DNA from: an uncultured Candidatus Saccharibacteria bacterium
GTDB lineage: Bacteria; Patescibacteriota; Minisyncoccia; Phycocordibacterales; UBA9973
Assembly (NCBI GenBank): GCA_964468315.1
Contig: CAYXTA010000004.1
Location: 10,976 to 74,975, forward strand
Direction: 5' to 3'
DNA: 64,000 nucleotides
Shown: piece after piece, positions 1-9,628 of the stretch
Numbering within the stretch: position 1 is the stretch's first letter
Layout: every line of letters starts with the position of its first letter
Made by a program: the position numbers and the translations under genes
Notes under the pieces: generated by a model
The model's input: the letters and a program-made list of their open reading frames with translations, nothing else
What the model was told of the DNA's origin: nothing
Database searches by the model: none

Positions 1-2825
1 ACAACTATTTTCAAAGTATCTTCAATTAAAAACTTTGGATTATACTTTGGCCAAGGTGTAAGGTGTATGGATTTCTTTTCTCCAAATTCTCTCCAAAGTT
101 CTTCTGTGATATGTGGAGCAAAAGGAGCTAAAATTTGTAAAAATATTTTAAAGTCTTTCACAGAAATATTTTCAACTTTATCCATTTCATTTACCAACAC
201 CATCATTGAAGAAATAGCTGTATTGAAAGCAAAATTTGATATATCTTCATGAACTTTTTTAATTGTTTTGTGAAGAGTTTTTTCTAAATCTGAACCTGCA
301 TGCTTTTGCGAGCTGGTCTGGTGATTTTCCCCGAGGACCCGAGCAGAAGCATTAGGTGAAGATTTAACTTTTTGACTAATCTTCCAAACACGCTCGATAA
401 ATCTACGAGAACCAATAATACTATCAGTATTCCATGGCTGACTGGCTTCAAATGGACCCATAAACATTTCATACACACGAAGTGTATCTGCACCATATGT
501 CTTTACAATATCATCTGGATTGATGACATTTCCCCATCTCTTACTCATCTTGCGTCCATCACTCGCTAAAATCATTCCTTGATTTTTCAAAGTTTTAAAT
601 GGTTCAGCTGTCGGCACATAACCCATATCAAAAAGGAATTTATGCCAAAAACGAGAATACAACAAATGTCCTGTCGCATGTTCTGACCCACCGACATACA
701 TATCTACATCTTTCCAATACTTCAACATTTTTTTATCAGCAAAAGATTTTTTGTTTTTCGGATCCATATAACGCAAGAAATACCAAGAACTTCCCGCCCA
801 TCCTGGCATTGTGTTTGTTTCGTATCCTGCTTTTGCCCATGCTTTCACTCCAGCCAAAGGACTTTCTCCTGTACCCGTCGGTTCATATGAAGTAACATTT
901 GGTAAAACGAGTGGAAGTTTTTTATCTGCAACTTCAGAAATAGTTCCATCTACATTATGTATGAGCGGAATCGGCTCACCCCAATATCTTTGTCGTGCAA
1001 ATATTGCATCACGCATCTTATATTTTTTTACAAATTTTCCATTAACTTTTTTTGTAATTTCTTTGCGAGCTTGTTCGGAAGTTAAACCAGTAAATTTATT
1101 TGAAGAGACAAGTTCACCTTCCTCAGAATAAAATAAATTTTTATTCTGAATATATCTTTCCAAGATTTTTGCTTGGCAAATGTTTCCAACTTCTTTAAAA
1201 TTCCTTACTGCTTCTTTTACATCTATCCAAATTAATTTTGCTTCTTCTGTATTCTCTTTTATCTTTGATATATCAACAGAAACTGCGAATCCATGATTAA
1301 CCATTGTCCAAAAACCATTGTGATTACTTTTTCTTTCACAAAACCAATTAGTTCTAAATGTTCCAATTTTTGATTTTACTTTTACATCAGTAGTACCTAT
1401 TTCTTCCGACAATTCTCTCATTAAAGCTTGATATGGGTCTTCACCTTTTTCTATTCCTCCACCAATAAGTATGTATTTACCTGCAAATTTTGTATCTTCA
1501 TCATTTAATTCTTCACACAAAATTTTACCACTATTTTCAATTACTACGGAAACTCGATTTCGAGATCGAGCATCGGGTTTTTTATCTCCAGAAATTTCAG
1601 CGATTACTTCTTTTATCGGCAAATTATATTTCTTCGCGAATTCAAAATCACGCTCATCGTGTGCAGGTACTGCCATCACAGCACCAGTGCCGTATGAAGC
1701 AAGCACATAGTCAGCGACCCAGACAGGCACTTCTTCGCCATTTGCAGGATTTATAGCTTTGATACCTTTGAGTTCTACGCCTGTTTTCTCCTTCTGAATA
1801 GTCATATCTTCTTTCTTTGCTCGTTCTTTCGCTTCACGAATATACTCTGTAACTTCGGCCATATTTTGTGATTGCACAGTGAATTCTCCGATATTTGTAT
1901 GCTCTGGTGAAAGCACAACATATGTAACTCCAAACAAAGTGTCCGCACGAGTTGTGAATACTTTTATATTTCTATTGATTGAAGTTTTAAATTCAATTTC
2001 ACTTCCCTCACTCACTCCAATCCAGTTCTTTTGAATCTCTTTTATATGTGATGACCAATTCAAATCTTCTAAATCTGAAACAAGACGATCAGCATATGAA
2101 GTAATACGCATAAACCATTGGCGCATTGATTTTTTCTCTACTGGATATCCTCCGCGTTCTGAAACAGGATTACCGTCTTTGTCATCGACTATTTCATCGT
2201 TTGCGAGAACTGTACCGAGTTTTGGGCACCAATTAACTTCACTATAGCCTTCATAAGCCAAGCGATAATTCATCAAGATTTTTTCTTTTTCAACCTCTGA
2301 AAGTTTTTTCCAATCTTTATTTTCTTTGGAAAGTTTTTTAATCAATTCTGAAATAGGACGAGCTTTATTTTTTTGTTCATCGTAATATGAATTATAAATC
2401 TGAAGGAAAATCCATTGTGTCCATTTGTAATATTCTGTATCAGTAGTATTTACTTCTCGTGACCAATCATAGGAAAAACCAATCTTGTCGAGCTGACCAC
2501 GGAAAGTTTTGATATTTTTTTCTACAGCTTTGCGAGGATGTATTTTGTGCTCTATGGCGTATTGTTCTGCTGGCAGGCCAAAAGCATCATAACCCATAGG
2601 ATGAAGCACATTATAGCCCTGCATACGCTTCATACGAGCATATACATCACTTCCTATGTATCCGCGAGGGTGTCCGACGTGTAGCCCTGCACCAGAAGGA
2701 TATGGGAACATATCAAGCACATAATGCTTTTTCTTTTTAGTAGTGTTTTGTGTTTTGTAAACTTTTTTTGTTTCCCATTCCTTTTGCCACTTTTTTTCAA
2801 TTTTATTGTGATCGTACTCTTTCAT
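1..2825 (-). CDS. leuS: Leucine--tRNA ligase (LeuRS), C-terminus runs off the window start. Carries an in-frame NUDIX hydrolase domain (~1150-1580) between the CP1/editing domain and the 'FTGLTSEQA...RQRYWGEPIP' segment.
   Basis: Manual minus-strand translation is continuous with no stops from ATG at 2825 to position 1. Motifs found: PYPSGAGLHVGHPRGY (HIGH), TTRADTLFG, GTGAVMAVPAHDERDFEFA, RQRYWGEPIP, KMSKS. It is absent from the ORF track because it has no in-window stop. Confidence 0.9.
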   Translation of the reverse strand, partial: MKEYDHNKIEKKWQKEWETKKVYKTQNTTKKKKHYVLDMFPYPSGAGLHVGHPRGYIGSDVYARMKRMQGYNVLHPMGYDAFGLPAEQYAIEHKIHPRKAVEKNIKTFRGQLDKIGFSYDWSREVNTTDTEYYKWTQWIFLQIYNSYYDEQKNKARPISELIKKLSKENKDWKKLSEVEKEKILMNYRLAYEGYSEVNWCPKLGTVLANDEIVDDKDGNPVSERGGYPVEKKSMRQWFMRITSYADRLVSDLEDLNWSSHIKEIQKNWIGVSEGSEIEFKTSINRNIKVFTTRADTLFGVTYVVLSPEHTNIGEFTVQSQNMAEVTEYIREAKERAKKEDMTIQKEKTGVELKGIKAINPANGEEVPVWVADYVLASYGTGAVMAVPAHDERDFEFAKKYNLPIKEVIAEISGDKKPDARSRNRVSVVIENSGKILCEELNDEDTKFAGKYILIGGGIEKGEDPYQALMRELSEEIGTTDVKVKSKIGTFRTNWFCERKSNHNGFWTMVNHGFAVSVDISKIKENTEEAKLIWIDVKEAVRNFKEVGNICQAKILERYIQNKNLFYSEEGELVSSNKFTGLTSEQARKEITKKVNGKFVKKYKMRDAIFARQRYWGEPIPLIHNVDGTISEVADKKLPLVLPNVTSYEPTGTGESPLAGVKAWAKAGYETNTMPGWAGSSWYFLRYMDPKNKKSFADKKMLKYWKDVDMYVGGSEHATGHLLYSRFWHKFLFDMGYVPTAEPFKTLKNQGMILASDGRKMSKRWGNVINPDDIVKTYGADTLRVYEMFMGPFEASQPWNTDSIIGSRRFIERVWKISQKVKSSPNASARVLGENHQTSSQKHAGSDLEKTLHKTIKKVHEDISNFAFNTAISSMMVLVNEMDKVENISVKDFKIFLQILAPFAPHITEELWREFGEKKSIHLTPWPKYNPKFLIEDTLKIV

Positions 2826-2828
2826 ATT

Positions 2829-3377
2829 TTATTTATCAGTACTAAATTTTTTAACTGCGAGCCAGATAAGGGCACCAAGAGCAACTGCAAGAATAAGAAC
2901 TTTTACTAAATTATCTGCATCAGACCAATAACGAGCAGAAGCAATGATAAGAGATAAAACTCCACCCCAAGCAAAACCATTAGATAAAATAATATTTACA
3001 GAAAAAATTCCAAACATAAGAGCAATAACACCGAGTACTGAAAGTGCTATGAAAATATTTCTATTATAAACTTTTTGTGCATTGGTAAATTCTTGTTGTT
3101 TTGTAAAATCAGGATTACAGTAACCAGTTATTTTTTTACCATTAGCATCTATTTGAGCAGGGGTAGTTTTGTCGTAAGTATAATTATTTTCAGTCCATTG
3201 TCCGCCGACTTTCAAACATTCATCTTTTGTATTTATCGATTCGACAACTTGTGTTTGAGTAAAATATGAATTCCAATCTGGTGCTTTGTAAACTAAAGAA
3301 ATTGCATAATTAATAAATAAATTAAAAACAATTACAATACCAATAATAAGCGCCCATTTTGAAAATTTATTTTGCAT
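2829..3377 (-). CDS. Hypothetical membrane protein with an N-terminal TM helix. The ORF track extends to 3542, but an internal Met at 3377 (MQNKFSKWALIIGIV) is the more plausible start.
   Basis: Start candidate MQNKFSKWALIIGIV at 3377. Hydrophobic N- and C-terminal segments; no recognisable domain. Confidence 0.45.
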   Translation of the reverse strand: MQNKFSKWALIIGIVIVFNLFINYAISLVYKAPDWNSYFTQTQVVESINTKDECLKVGGQWTENNYTYDKTTPAQIDANGKKITGYCNPDFTKQQEFTNAQKVYNRNIFIALSVLGVIALMFGIFSVNIILSNGFAWGGVLSLIIASARYWSDADNLVKVLILAVALGALIWLAVKKFSTDK

Positions 3378-3400
3378 AATCTTTATAATAAACCTTTTTT

Positions 3401-3865
3401 GTGCTATATTCAAGTAATATGAATCGTGAAGAAAATAGAAAAGAAAAAATAGAACAAGGTGCAGACAAAGTAACAAAGTGGATCGGCTCTGCTGGTTCTT
3501 TGGTAGTACACACTCTACTCTTTTCAATGTGTTTCGTTTCAATAATACTTGGTGCAGATTTTGATAGAGTTATGCTTGTACTTACTACTGTTGTATCTCT
3601 AGAAGCTATTTATCTTTCAATATTCATACAAATGACAATAAACAGGCATACAAAAGAACTCGAAGAAGTTTCTGAAGATATTGAAGAGATTCAAGTTGAT
3701 GTCGGAGAAATTCAAAAAGATGTTGACGAGATTCAGGAAGACGTGGAAAATATTGAAAAGGATGTCGACGAAATCCAAGAGGATGTTGATGAGATTCAAA
3801 AAGATGTTGACGAGATTCAGGAAGACGTGGAAGAGATCGAAGGTGAAGTTGTAAATAAGAAATAA
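3401..3865 (+). CDS. Membrane protein with a C-terminal acidic tandem 9-aa repeat (DVDEIQEDV x ~6); DUF1003-like architecture.
   Basis: Hydrophobic segment LVVHTLLFSMCFVSIILGADF..VMLVLTTVVSL. A 27-nt periodic repeat at 3690-3850 encodes EIQ(E/K)DV(D/E). Confidence 0.55.
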   Translation: MLYSSNMNREENRKEKIEQGADKVTKWIGSAGSLVVHTLLFSMCFVSIILGADFDRVMLVLTTVVSLEAIYLSIFIQMTINRHTKELEEVSEDIEEIQVDVGEIQKDVDEIQEDVENIEKDVDEIQEDVDEIQKDVDEIQEDVEEIEGEVVNKK

Positions 3866-3867
3866 AA

Positions 3868-3897
3868 AAACACCCGGATATTCTGGGTGTTTTTTGT
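3868..3897. terminator. Rho-independent terminator, bidirectional.
   Basis: Hairpin acacccggatattctgggtgt followed by a T-run. Sits between convergent genes. Confidence 0.7.
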
Positions 3898-3910
3898 TGT
3901 TTGCTTAAAT

Positions 3911-4360
3911 TTATGCAGCTAAAGCTTCTTCTTTCATCTCAAGTGAACTTGTATTTAAATTAAGTTGCTTAAGTTTAATTCCTGTTCCCCATTTAAAAAG
4001 TTCTATTCTTGAATTCCACGGAAAACGATAAGCATTCATGGAATAAAAGGTTGAAAAATCTTTTTTGTTTCCTATTTCATGCAAAAATTCTACATGAACA
4101 ATTTTTTTCTTCATTTGTCTGACTTGCATATGGTCATTTCTTGAAATGACCAAATTAAAAACTTCATTTGTTTTTGTTTTAAAACATAACAAATTAATTT
4201 TATCAGGATCCATAGAATCAATTTGACAAAAAACCGGCATACATTTTTTGTGAACTAATTTTGCTGAATGAATTTCGGCAAGCTCAGAAATTTCAATTTC
4301 AAAAAAATTTTTAACTTTACTTTCTGTAATAAACAGGATTTTTCTTTGTTTTACTTTCAT
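3911..4360 (-). CDS. Hypothetical protein.
   Basis: 149-aa ORF. No recognisable motif. Confidence 0.4.
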   Translation of the reverse strand: MKVKQRKILFITESKVKNFFEIEISELAEIHSAKLVHKKCMPVFCQIDSMDPDKINLLCFKTKTNEVFNLVISRNDHMQVRQMKKKIVHVEFLHEIGNKKDFSTFYSMNAYRFPWNSRIELFKWGTGIKLKQLNLNTSSLEMKEEALAA

Positions 4361-4460
4361 AAATTTTAAGTTTTTAAGGTTTGTACTATAAATATTTCAG
4401 ATAAAATATAGCATATTACACAGAATTGTCAATAAAATCTTAAAATTCAATAATTAAAAG

Positions 4461-5351
4461 CTAGTTTGCAGACCAAATAGTACTGTGAGCCATAGATATT
4501 GCTCTTTTATTTGATTGCTCTATTACACAAAGCTCTCCTTGCTCTACAGAGCCATTTAAATCTTTCATTACATCTTGCAAAGCATAACCAAGATCAAGAG
4601 ATGAAGAATCAGTAGAATATGAAGTTACGATTACAAAAATAGGTTTATCTGAAAGAATATTTTTTACAGCAGTCAAAAGTCTTGGTAATGACTCCTGTAT
4701 CTTCCAAGTCTCTCCTTTTGGACCACGACCGAATTTGGGTGGATCCATAATTATTGCATCATATTTATTTCCTCTCTTTGCTTCCCTTTCAATAAACTTT
4801 ATACAATCATCTAAAATAATTCTCATTGGTTTTTCTGATAGATTTGAAAGTTCTTGATTTTCTTTTAGTTTAGTCAAAGATTCCTTCGAAGCATCTACAT
4901 GTGTCACATCTGCACCAGCAGACAAAGCAGAAAGACTAGCTACGCCAGTGTAACCAAAAAGATTCAAAAATTTTATATGCTTCCCTGCATTTTTTATTTT
5001 TTCATTTATAAAATCCCAATGATTTGCTTGTTCAGGGAAAAAACTTAAATGACGAAAAGAAGTCGGTGACGCATTAAATTTAAGATCTCCATATGACATT
5101 ACCCATTTCTTTTCTATATTTTTATTATTCATAACCCAGCCAGCTTTACTACCTTTTTTTGAAGTAACAAATTTTCCATCAGCTTTTGCCCATACATCTT
5201 TTGTTAAACTTTTTTTCCAAACAGCATCTTCAAAAGGACGAACAAAAGTATATTGGCCGAAACGTTCTAATTTTTCCCCTTCACCTGTATCTAAAAGTTC
5301 ATAATCTTTAAAACCTTCAGATGAAAATATTTTTATAGTATTATTTTTCAT
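4461..5351 (-). CDS. Class I SAM-dependent methyltransferase, RlmI/YccW-like rRNA m5C methyltransferase family.
   Basis: LNLFGYTGVASLSALSAGA..VTHVDASK (SAM-binding) and DAIIMDPPKF motifs. Confidence 0.65.
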   Translation of the reverse strand: MKNNTIKIFSSEGFKDYELLDTGEGEKLERFGQYTFVRPFEDAVWKKSLTKDVWAKADGKFVTSKKGSKAGWVMNNKNIEKKWVMSYGDLKFNASPTSFRHLSFFPEQANHWDFINEKIKNAGKHIKFLNLFGYTGVASLSALSAGADVTHVDASKESLTKLKENQELSNLSEKPMRIILDDCIKFIEREAKRGNKYDAIIMDPPKFGRGPKGETWKIQESLPRLLTAVKNILSDKPIFVIVTSYSTDSSSLDLGYALQDVMKDLNGSVEQGELCVIEQSNKRAISMAHSTIWSAN

Positions 5352-5910
5352 TATTTTTTAGTGTACCACGAAGTACTTGTATTTCGCCATTTTTATTTAT
5401 TTTAATCAGTGTCGATGGTTTTGATTTGAGTGTTCCACCAGCTACATAAAAATTCACCTTGTCTCCAAAATATTTCTTTGCTTCTTTAATGTTACTTGCT
5501 GGCATCAGTCCTTGTGGATTCGCCGATGGTGCGACGAGTGGTCCTGTTTTTTTCAAGAGTGCAATTAAAGCTTTTTTATTCGGCAAACGAAATGCGATAG
5601 CATTTTCTCCTCTATGTAAATATTTATATTTTGAACAAGGTAAAATAACACTTACCTTCCCAGGCCAAAACTTTTCTAACATCCTTACAAACTCCAGTTT
5701 GTAAGGATGTTGTATTTCGAATTTTTCTAAATCTTTAATACTAGAAATTAAAACAATAAAGGGCTTGTTCTCATCACGGCCTTTTATTTTATAGATCCGC
5801 TCCACTGCTTTTTTCGAATATGCACTGGCCACGATGCCGTACAAAGTATCGGTCGGTAATATGCCGACGCCATCATTTTGTAAGATTTTAATAATCTTTT
5901 TATCTATCAT
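5341..5910 (-). CDS. tsaC: L-threonylcarbamoyladenylate synthase (TsaC/YrdC/Sua5 family). Start trimmed to ATG at 5910, two nt from the upstream stop.
   Basis: GILPTDTLYGIVASAYSKKAVERIYKIKGRDENKPFIVLIS, a YrdC-domain signature. Confidence 0.8.
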   Translation of the reverse strand: MIDKKIIKILQNDGVGILPTDTLYGIVASAYSKKAVERIYKIKGRDENKPFIVLISSIKDLEKFEIQHPYKLEFVRMLEKFWPGKVSVILPCSKYKYLHRGENAIAFRLPNKKALIALLKKTGPLVAPSANPQGLMPASNIKEAKKYFGDKVNFYVAGGTLKSKPSTLIKINKNGEIQVLRGTLKNNEK

Positions 5911-5911
5911 A

Positions 5912-6325
5912 TTATTTATATAGATGTTTTGTAGCGCCACATTTACAGCCTTTTGGCTTAATGTATTCCTTAAAGAAAGCTCTGCCATAGTCATAGCCGA
6001 GCTCTTCACCTTTTTCTATTTTTTTAATAGCAAAAATAAAAATTCTATTTTTCTTTATTTCAACTTCACAATTTGGTTTGCAATTATGATTGATATATCT
6101 CGCTTTATTTTTTCTACTTTTACCGTCTATAGTAAGTTTATTACTAATCTCAAAAAGATACATTCCACCGACTTCATTTGCTTGATCAGCTGTTAACCTG
6201 TCTCCGACATATTCAATAATAAAATCTCCTTTCTTGATCGGTGCATCGGCAACGAGCCCAAAGCCTGCCTTTGTTTTCTTTATCTTCACTTTCGCTGGTT
6301 TCAATTTTTCTATGTCGAATTTCAT
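5912..6325 (-). CDS. SET-domain protein (putative protein-lysine methyltransferase).
   Basis: GFGLVA...DFIIEYVGD...RYINHNCKPNCEV...ELGYDYG and a C-terminal Cys cluster (post-SET). Confidence 0.8.
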   Translation of the reverse strand: MKFDIEKLKPAKVKIKKTKAGFGLVADAPIKKGDFIIEYVGDRLTADQANEVGGMYLFEISNKLTIDGKSRKNKARYINHNCKPNCEVEIKKNRIFIFAIKKIEKGEELGYDYGRAFFKEYIKPKGCKCGATKHLYK

Positions 6326-6415
6326 GCTTTGTATTATATATAAAATAAAATGTTTATCAAAGCTTATTGACTTTTATAATAAATATGATATCATTAGTAT
6401 AAACCAAAAAAATAT

Positions 6416-6814
6416 TTGAAAATGAAAAAAGACGCATCAGAAATTCTTAAAATGGTGTCAGATGCCATTACAAGAACGTACGACCCAAAAGGTGACAAAA
6501 TTTTTAGCTTTGCCTTTATAGGTCAAATGAATGGGAAGATACTTCATGAAAGTATTGCTATACTAACAGGTAAAAGTGGTGAACATAATAATACACATGT
6601 TTTATATGTTGTTAGCCCACAAGCTTTAGATGATTATTATAATCCATTAGCAGCACTTCAGCTGATACCAATGGGAAAAGCTGGAACAATGATTGAATTC
6701 TATTATCCTGAAAGAACTAATAGTGCACACGCTGTTAGAATTATTAATATTATCAAAAATGAGCTAACCAACATGAATGAAAATTGGAGCCATCAATTAA
6801 ATTGGATAAATTAA
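6416..6814 (+). CDS. Hypothetical protein.
   Basis: 132-aa ORF. Promoter-like TTGACT..TATGAT upstream. Confidence 0.45.
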   Translation: MKMKKDASEILKMVSDAITRTYDPKGDKIFSFAFIGQMNGKILHESIAILTGKSGEHNNTHVLYVVSPQALDDYYNPLAALQLIPMGKAGTMIEFYYPERTNSAHAVRIINIIKNELTNMNENWSHQLNWIN

Positions 6815-6842
6815 AAAAAAAGAAACAATCAAGTATTTAAAA

Positions 6843-6875
6843 ATCTCGCAAAAAAATTTTGCGAGATTTTTTATT
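6843..6875. terminator. Bidirectional rho-independent terminator.
   Basis: Hairpin atctcgcaaaaaaattttgcgagat followed by a T-run. Between convergent genes. Confidence 0.7.
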
Positions 6876-6878
6876 TTC

Positions 6879-7880
6879 CTAAATTCTAAATTCTATAACA
6901 TCCCCATCTTTCACAATATATTCTTTCCCTTCGATGCGAACTTTGCCTTTGGCGCGAGCTTCACCATAGCTTCCAGCATCAAGCAGGTCTTTATAATATA
7001 CAACTTCCGCACGGATGAATTTATCTTTAAAATCTGTATGTATCGCTGTTCCGGCTATAGGCGCAGTACTTCCCTTTTTTATTGTCCATGCACGCGTCTC
7101 ATCCTCACCTGTCGTGAAATACGTCTCGAGCCCGAGAAGCTCGTAACTTTTTTTAATTAAATCTTCAAACCCTTTTTCAAAAATAGCATCAATTAATACA
7201 TACGATCCAGGAATTTCTTTCGTCACTTTTTCTATCACATTTTCCGCAACCTCAGAAGAATTGAGCGCGTAGAGTATCGGCTTCATCGAGAGCAAGTGCA
7301 TGCTTTTTATTATTTCTTGCTCCTTGTCATCAAGAACAGTTTCACTTGCAAGATGAGAATCAGAAAGTGTTTTATCTACTTTTTTAAGTACAGCTTCTTC
7401 TGCAAGTGCCACTTTGTCGCCTCGTTTTACATCTTTCTGTAAATTAGAAATTCTTTTTGAAACTGTTTCCAAATCAGCCAAGATGAGCTCAAGGTTAATA
7501 ACAGAGATATCTTGTAATGGATCAACTTTATTCGCAACATGGATAATATCTTTATCTTCGAATACACGCACAACTTCAAGTATTGCATCCACTTCGCGTA
7601 TATTGGATAGAAATTTATTGCCCAAACCTTCCCCTTTTGAAGCTCCTGCGACAAGGCCTGCAATGTCTACGAATTCTATAACTGCAGGAATAGTCTTTGC
7701 TGATTTTGAAAAATTAGAAAGAAGCCCTACACGCTCGTCAGGCACAGGCACGATGCCAACAGAAGGATCTATAGTACAAAAAGGATAGTTCTCCGCAGGT
7801 ACACCCTTTTTAGTAAGCGCGTTAAAAAGTGTCGACTTGCCGACATTTGGTAAACCAACGATTCCGATTGAAAGACTCAT
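6879..7880 (-). CDS. ychF: Ribosome-binding ATPase YchF (Obg-family GTPase/ATPase).
   Basis: GIVGLPNVGKSTLFNALT (G1) and AENYPFCTIDP motifs. C-terminal TGS-like domain VRAWTIKKGSTAPIAGTAIHTDFKDKFIRAEV. Confidence 0.9.
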   Translation of the reverse strand: MSLSIGIVGLPNVGKSTLFNALTKKGVPAENYPFCTIDPSVGIVPVPDERVGLLSNFSKSAKTIPAVIEFVDIAGLVAGASKGEGLGNKFLSNIREVDAILEVVRVFEDKDIIHVANKVDPLQDISVINLELILADLETVSKRISNLQKDVKRGDKVALAEEAVLKKVDKTLSDSHLASETVLDDKEQEIIKSMHLLSMKPILYALNSSEVAENVIEKVTKEIPGSYVLIDAIFEKGFEDLIKKSYELLGLETYFTTGEDETRAWTIKKGSTAPIAGTAIHTDFKDKFIRAEVVYYKDLLDAGSYGEARAKGKVRIEGKEYIVKDGDVIEFRI

Positions 7881-7936
7881 AGTAAAAGAAATATAGCAGA
7901 AAATTTATAAAATTAAAAGAGCTTTATTTTTTAAAA

Positions 7937-9628
7937 TTATTTTCTCTGAATATCTTTCATTATACTTTCTTCTTTCTTTTGAATTTGAGAGAGAGCAATT
8001 TCGTCTTTTTTATTTAAGACTCCATCAGTTTTTATTTTCTTTAGAACTTCCAATTGTTTGTCTAATTCTTCTTTCAACTCTAATGTAGCATTGTAAACAT
8101 TATCGACGGGATGAATTGATCCATTTCTAATTTTTCTTCGAAGAGCAAAGAATTTATACCAACCAAGGTAAAAGATAATAAACAAGAATAGAAGTATAGC
8201 AATAGAGATAAGTAACCAATATTTATTTATAGCCAATTTTATAATGTCTTTATCTAATATATCTAATCTAACATCCTTAGAAAATTCACTTCGAGTTGTT
8301 TCAAACAATACATTCTGTGCTGATATTTCAAAAGTTCCTATAACATTTATTTTTTCAGTTACAAAAGAGAATGTGCCATCCACTCCTGTTGTTTGCATAA
8401 ATTTAGATATTTCATTTCCGTTTTGTTTCAAAACAATTTCTACTTGAGTATTTGGGTAGTCTGTTTTACCAGAGATTGTTACATCTTGTCCTTTGAGTAT
8501 TTCATTTGAACTTAAGTAAAGCTCAGGAACAGATATTGAGAAAGGATTTGTAAAAGTAATTTTTGATTCTGTATGATTACCAGCTTTATCATAAGCAATA
8601 ATAGCCAAAGAATGATCTCCTTTGTTTAATATAGGTAATTCGTATTCATTATTAACTAACTTATCATTTTCTATATTTAATAATTCTCCATTATCTATTG
8701 AGATTGAGTAATTCTGAATACCAGATGTATCATCACTAGCATTTAAAGTTATGAGGTTTTTATTATCAGATGATTTAACAATAGGACTGAAAGTATTTGG
8801 TGCTGTAGTATCAACCTTGAATTTATAATGAGCAACAGGACTCCAGCCACCGTCATAATAACGCAAATGGAAATAAAAAACTCTATCGGGTAAATCATTA
8901 AGTGTCTTTTGTGTGACAGAATTATCGTATGTAATTGTCGGATTTGAGTCTGGAATTTTATTATAAAGTGTTTTTATTGAAGTTGCTGTATTTGGTATTT
9001 TCCAATTAAAAGAAGCTGAACTCAATGAATACCATTTCTCTTGATCTGGATGAGTACTAGAAATAATAATAGGGTCTGGAAAATTAGATTTTGTATTTGC
9101 GACTTCTATTACTGGCACTACAACAGTTTTATCTTCTTGTTTTATTTGTATAACACTTGAATTTTTACCATTTAAAATATCTGTTCCCAAGCCATCATTT
9201 TCTCTAACTGAAGCACTAGCAAAATCAATAGAAGCTGTACCTTGTTTTTTTGCTTTAAAATTAATCGAAATAATAGATCCATTTGATCCTGTAAATCCTG
9301 GATTTTGAATACCTCCATTAAAAGTTATCGTTCCGTCAGTATTTGAAAAAGTTGGATCTTCTACCCATAAAGAAAAAATTGATGATGGTTTTGTGATTGA
9401 AACAACTTCAAGTAAATCTTTTGGAAATTTTATAACTGCTTCTCCATTATTAATAGCTTTTCCTAATGTATTTACAATAACTTTTGTTGAAAATAAATCT
9501 TTTACAGAAACACTTGAATTACTTGGAGTTATAGCTAAGGTTGCTGCTTTAAGGTTAAAAGGTGTAAAGAAAAAAAGTATAAAAGAAAATGCTATTATAA
9601 AATATTTTACAAAATTAAACTTTTGCAT
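7937..9628 (-). CDS. Secreted surface protein. Signal peptide, cohesin-like beta-sandwich plus Ig-like domains, C-terminal TM anchor with a coiled-coil tail.
   Basis: N-terminal FSFILFFFTPFNLKAATLAIT. Cohesin-like pattern (V..v.V.......G.a.I.F..LEVVSI......F.N..G.I.F.GG). C-terminal WLLISIAILLFLFIIFYLGWY followed by a K/E-rich tail. Confidence 0.5.
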   Translation of the reverse strand: MQKFNFVKYFIIAFSFILFFFTPFNLKAATLAITPSNSSVSVKDLFSTKVIVNTLGKAINNGEAVIKFPKDLLEVVSITKPSSIFSLWVEDPTFSNTDGTITFNGGIQNPGFTGSNGSIISINFKAKKQGTASIDFASASVRENDGLGTDILNGKNSSVIQIKQEDKTVVVPVIEVANTKSNFPDPIIISSTHPDQEKWYSLSSASFNWKIPNTATSIKTLYNKIPDSNPTITYDNSVTQKTLNDLPDRVFYFHLRYYDGGWSPVAHYKFKVDTTAPNTFSPIVKSSDNKNLITLNASDDTSGIQNYSISIDNGELLNIENDKLVNNEYELPILNKGDHSLAIIAYDKAGNHTESKITFTNPFSISVPELYLSSNEILKGQDVTISGKTDYPNTQVEIVLKQNGNEISKFMQTTGVDGTFSFVTEKINVIGTFEISAQNVLFETTRSEFSKDVRLDILDKDIIKLAINKYWLLISIAILLFLFIIFYLGWYKFFALRRKIRNGSIHPVDNVYNATLELKEELDKQLEVLKKIKTDGVLNKKDEIALSQIQKKEESIMKDIQRK

